Part shown: positions 62,647 to 64,000 of the stretch, in pieces
How the letters are laid out: every line of letters starts with the position of its first letter
Numbering within the stretch: position 1 is the first letter of the stretch
Assembly (NCBI RefSeq): GCF_006345805.1
Contig: NC_043007.1
Location: 70,804,001-70,868,000, forward strand
DNA: 64,000 bases
Direction of reading: 5' to 3'
From: Octopus sinensis
Lineage: Eukaryota
The notes under the pieces: generated by a model
The model's input: the letters and a program-made list of their open reading frames with translations, nothing else
The model's database searches: none
Told to the model about the DNA's origin: nothing
Program-made: the position numbers and the translations under genes

Positions 62647-63397
62647 CTTTTACTTGTTTCAGTCATTTGGTTAGTTTCAGCCATTTGGCACTGCCTTGAA
62701 GGGTTTTTCAATGGAACAAATTGACCCCAGGACATATTTTTTAATGCTTGGTACTTATTCTATATTTTTCTTTTGCTGAACTGCTAAGTTACTGGAATGT
62801 AAGCACACCAACAGTGGTTGTCAAGCATTGATTGAGGGGTGGGGGTGGGGACTAACACTGACACAAACACTCACACACACATACATACACACACACAATC
62901 TTACATGCATACATACATACATACATACATACATACACACACATACAAACATACATACATACACACATACATACATACATACATACATGTTTCTTTCAGT
63001 TTCTGTCTACCAAATCTGCTCACAAGACTTTGGTCAGCCCAAAGCTATAGCAGAGGACACTTATCATCAGGCGGCGAGCTGGCAGAAATGTTAGCACACT
63101 GGGCGAAATGCTTACCAGTATTTCATCTACCGCTACGTTCTGAGTTCAAATTCCGCTGAGGTCGACTTTGCCTTTCATCCTTTCGGGGTCAATTAAATAA
63201 GTACCAGTTACGCACTGGAGTTGATATAATCGAGACTCAATCCGTTTGTCTGTCCTTGTATGTTCCCTCTGTGTGTAGCCCCTTGTGGGCAGTAAAGAAA
63301 TAAGGAATAAGAGGACACTTGCCTAAGGTGTCATGCAGTGGGACTAAACCCAGAACCATGTGGTTGGGAAGCAAGCTTCTTACCACACAGCCACGCC
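62647..63397 (-). mobile_element. SINE family A containing a nested young SINE B (63063-63309, plus; TSD AGAGGACACTT)
   Basis: The host SINE is split at AGAGGACACTT, which is present at 63052-63062 and 63310-63320. Confidence 0.9.
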
Positions 63398-63581
63398 TCT
63401 TAGTCTAACTAGAGACCAGATGGTACATTTATTCTGCAAAGGATTTTAGGAATTATCACCCTCTGCCTCACACACATCATTGTATGCTTGTTTAATTAAA
63501 CTCAATGGTAAACTAAGACTCATTTTGTTATTTGTTATAATATGTTTGTTTGCAACCTTTGGTATATTATACATGCTGCAT

Positions 63582-63801
63582 TTAACCCTTTAATATTTAA
63601 ACCTGCGATATCCGGCCTAAATATTCCACCTGTTTTATGTTCAAAGCAGCCAGCTATGACCTTTCACACCTACCCTCCAATGTCATTCTAAAATTAGACA
63701 ATCGCATCATTGAAGCTTCAAGATTATGCATGATTAATCTGAAATAATGTGAGTTAATAAGAATTACATTCAACAGAGCAATCTGAATGTTAAAGGGTTA
63801 A
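63582..63801. mobile_element. piggyBac-like MITE family 2 (opposite orientation to 40136-40362)
   Basis: TTAA-CCCTTTAATATT / AATGTTAAAGGG-TTAA termini. Confidence 0.88.
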
Positions 63802-64000
63802 CATCATGGGAGACTGTATATAGTCATACATACATACATACATGCATGCATATGCATGTATGAGCTCCTCTGTGTGCGTGTGTGTGTGTTTGTGTGTGTA
63901 TGATTAGAATTAGTCACCACTTGTTTGAAGGTGTGGAGGGTAAACAATATGCATAAATCCAGATTATAGTTTCACAGAGTTTTCTACAATAGTAATCAGT

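Overview
This is AT-rich, repeat-dense animal genomic DNA. Its tRNA-headed SINE families and heavy (TA)n/(TACA)n/(CAT)n/(TAA)n load are what I recognise from Octopus genomes; the species cannot be assigned from the sequence. There is no complete protein-coding gene, and almost all supplied ORFs are microsatellite or SINE read-throughs. The recognisable coding remnants are transposon-derived: three decayed mariner elements, two copies of one internally deleted mariner, RTE-type LINE fragments and the restriction-like-endonuclease end of an R4/Dong-type LINE. Other content includes hAT-like and piggyBac-like MITEs, a 5S rRNA pseudogene and a tRNA-Gly(GCC) pseudogene. A repeat-poor, CpG-retaining block at about 14-22 kb looks like a promoter. 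It holds a candidate + strand first coding exon (MVSVLDRPELTKE, 16589-16628), after which the rest of the window would be a very long first intron. The leads most worth following are that promoter/exon, an AP-1/TEAD motif cluster near 36.8 kb, and a cluster of fold-back structures at 49.5-52.5 kb that includes a degenerate minimal hammerhead ribozyme of Penelope type. I found no evidence sufficient to claim a new biological system. All coordinates were read by eye, and repeat boundaries are approximate.
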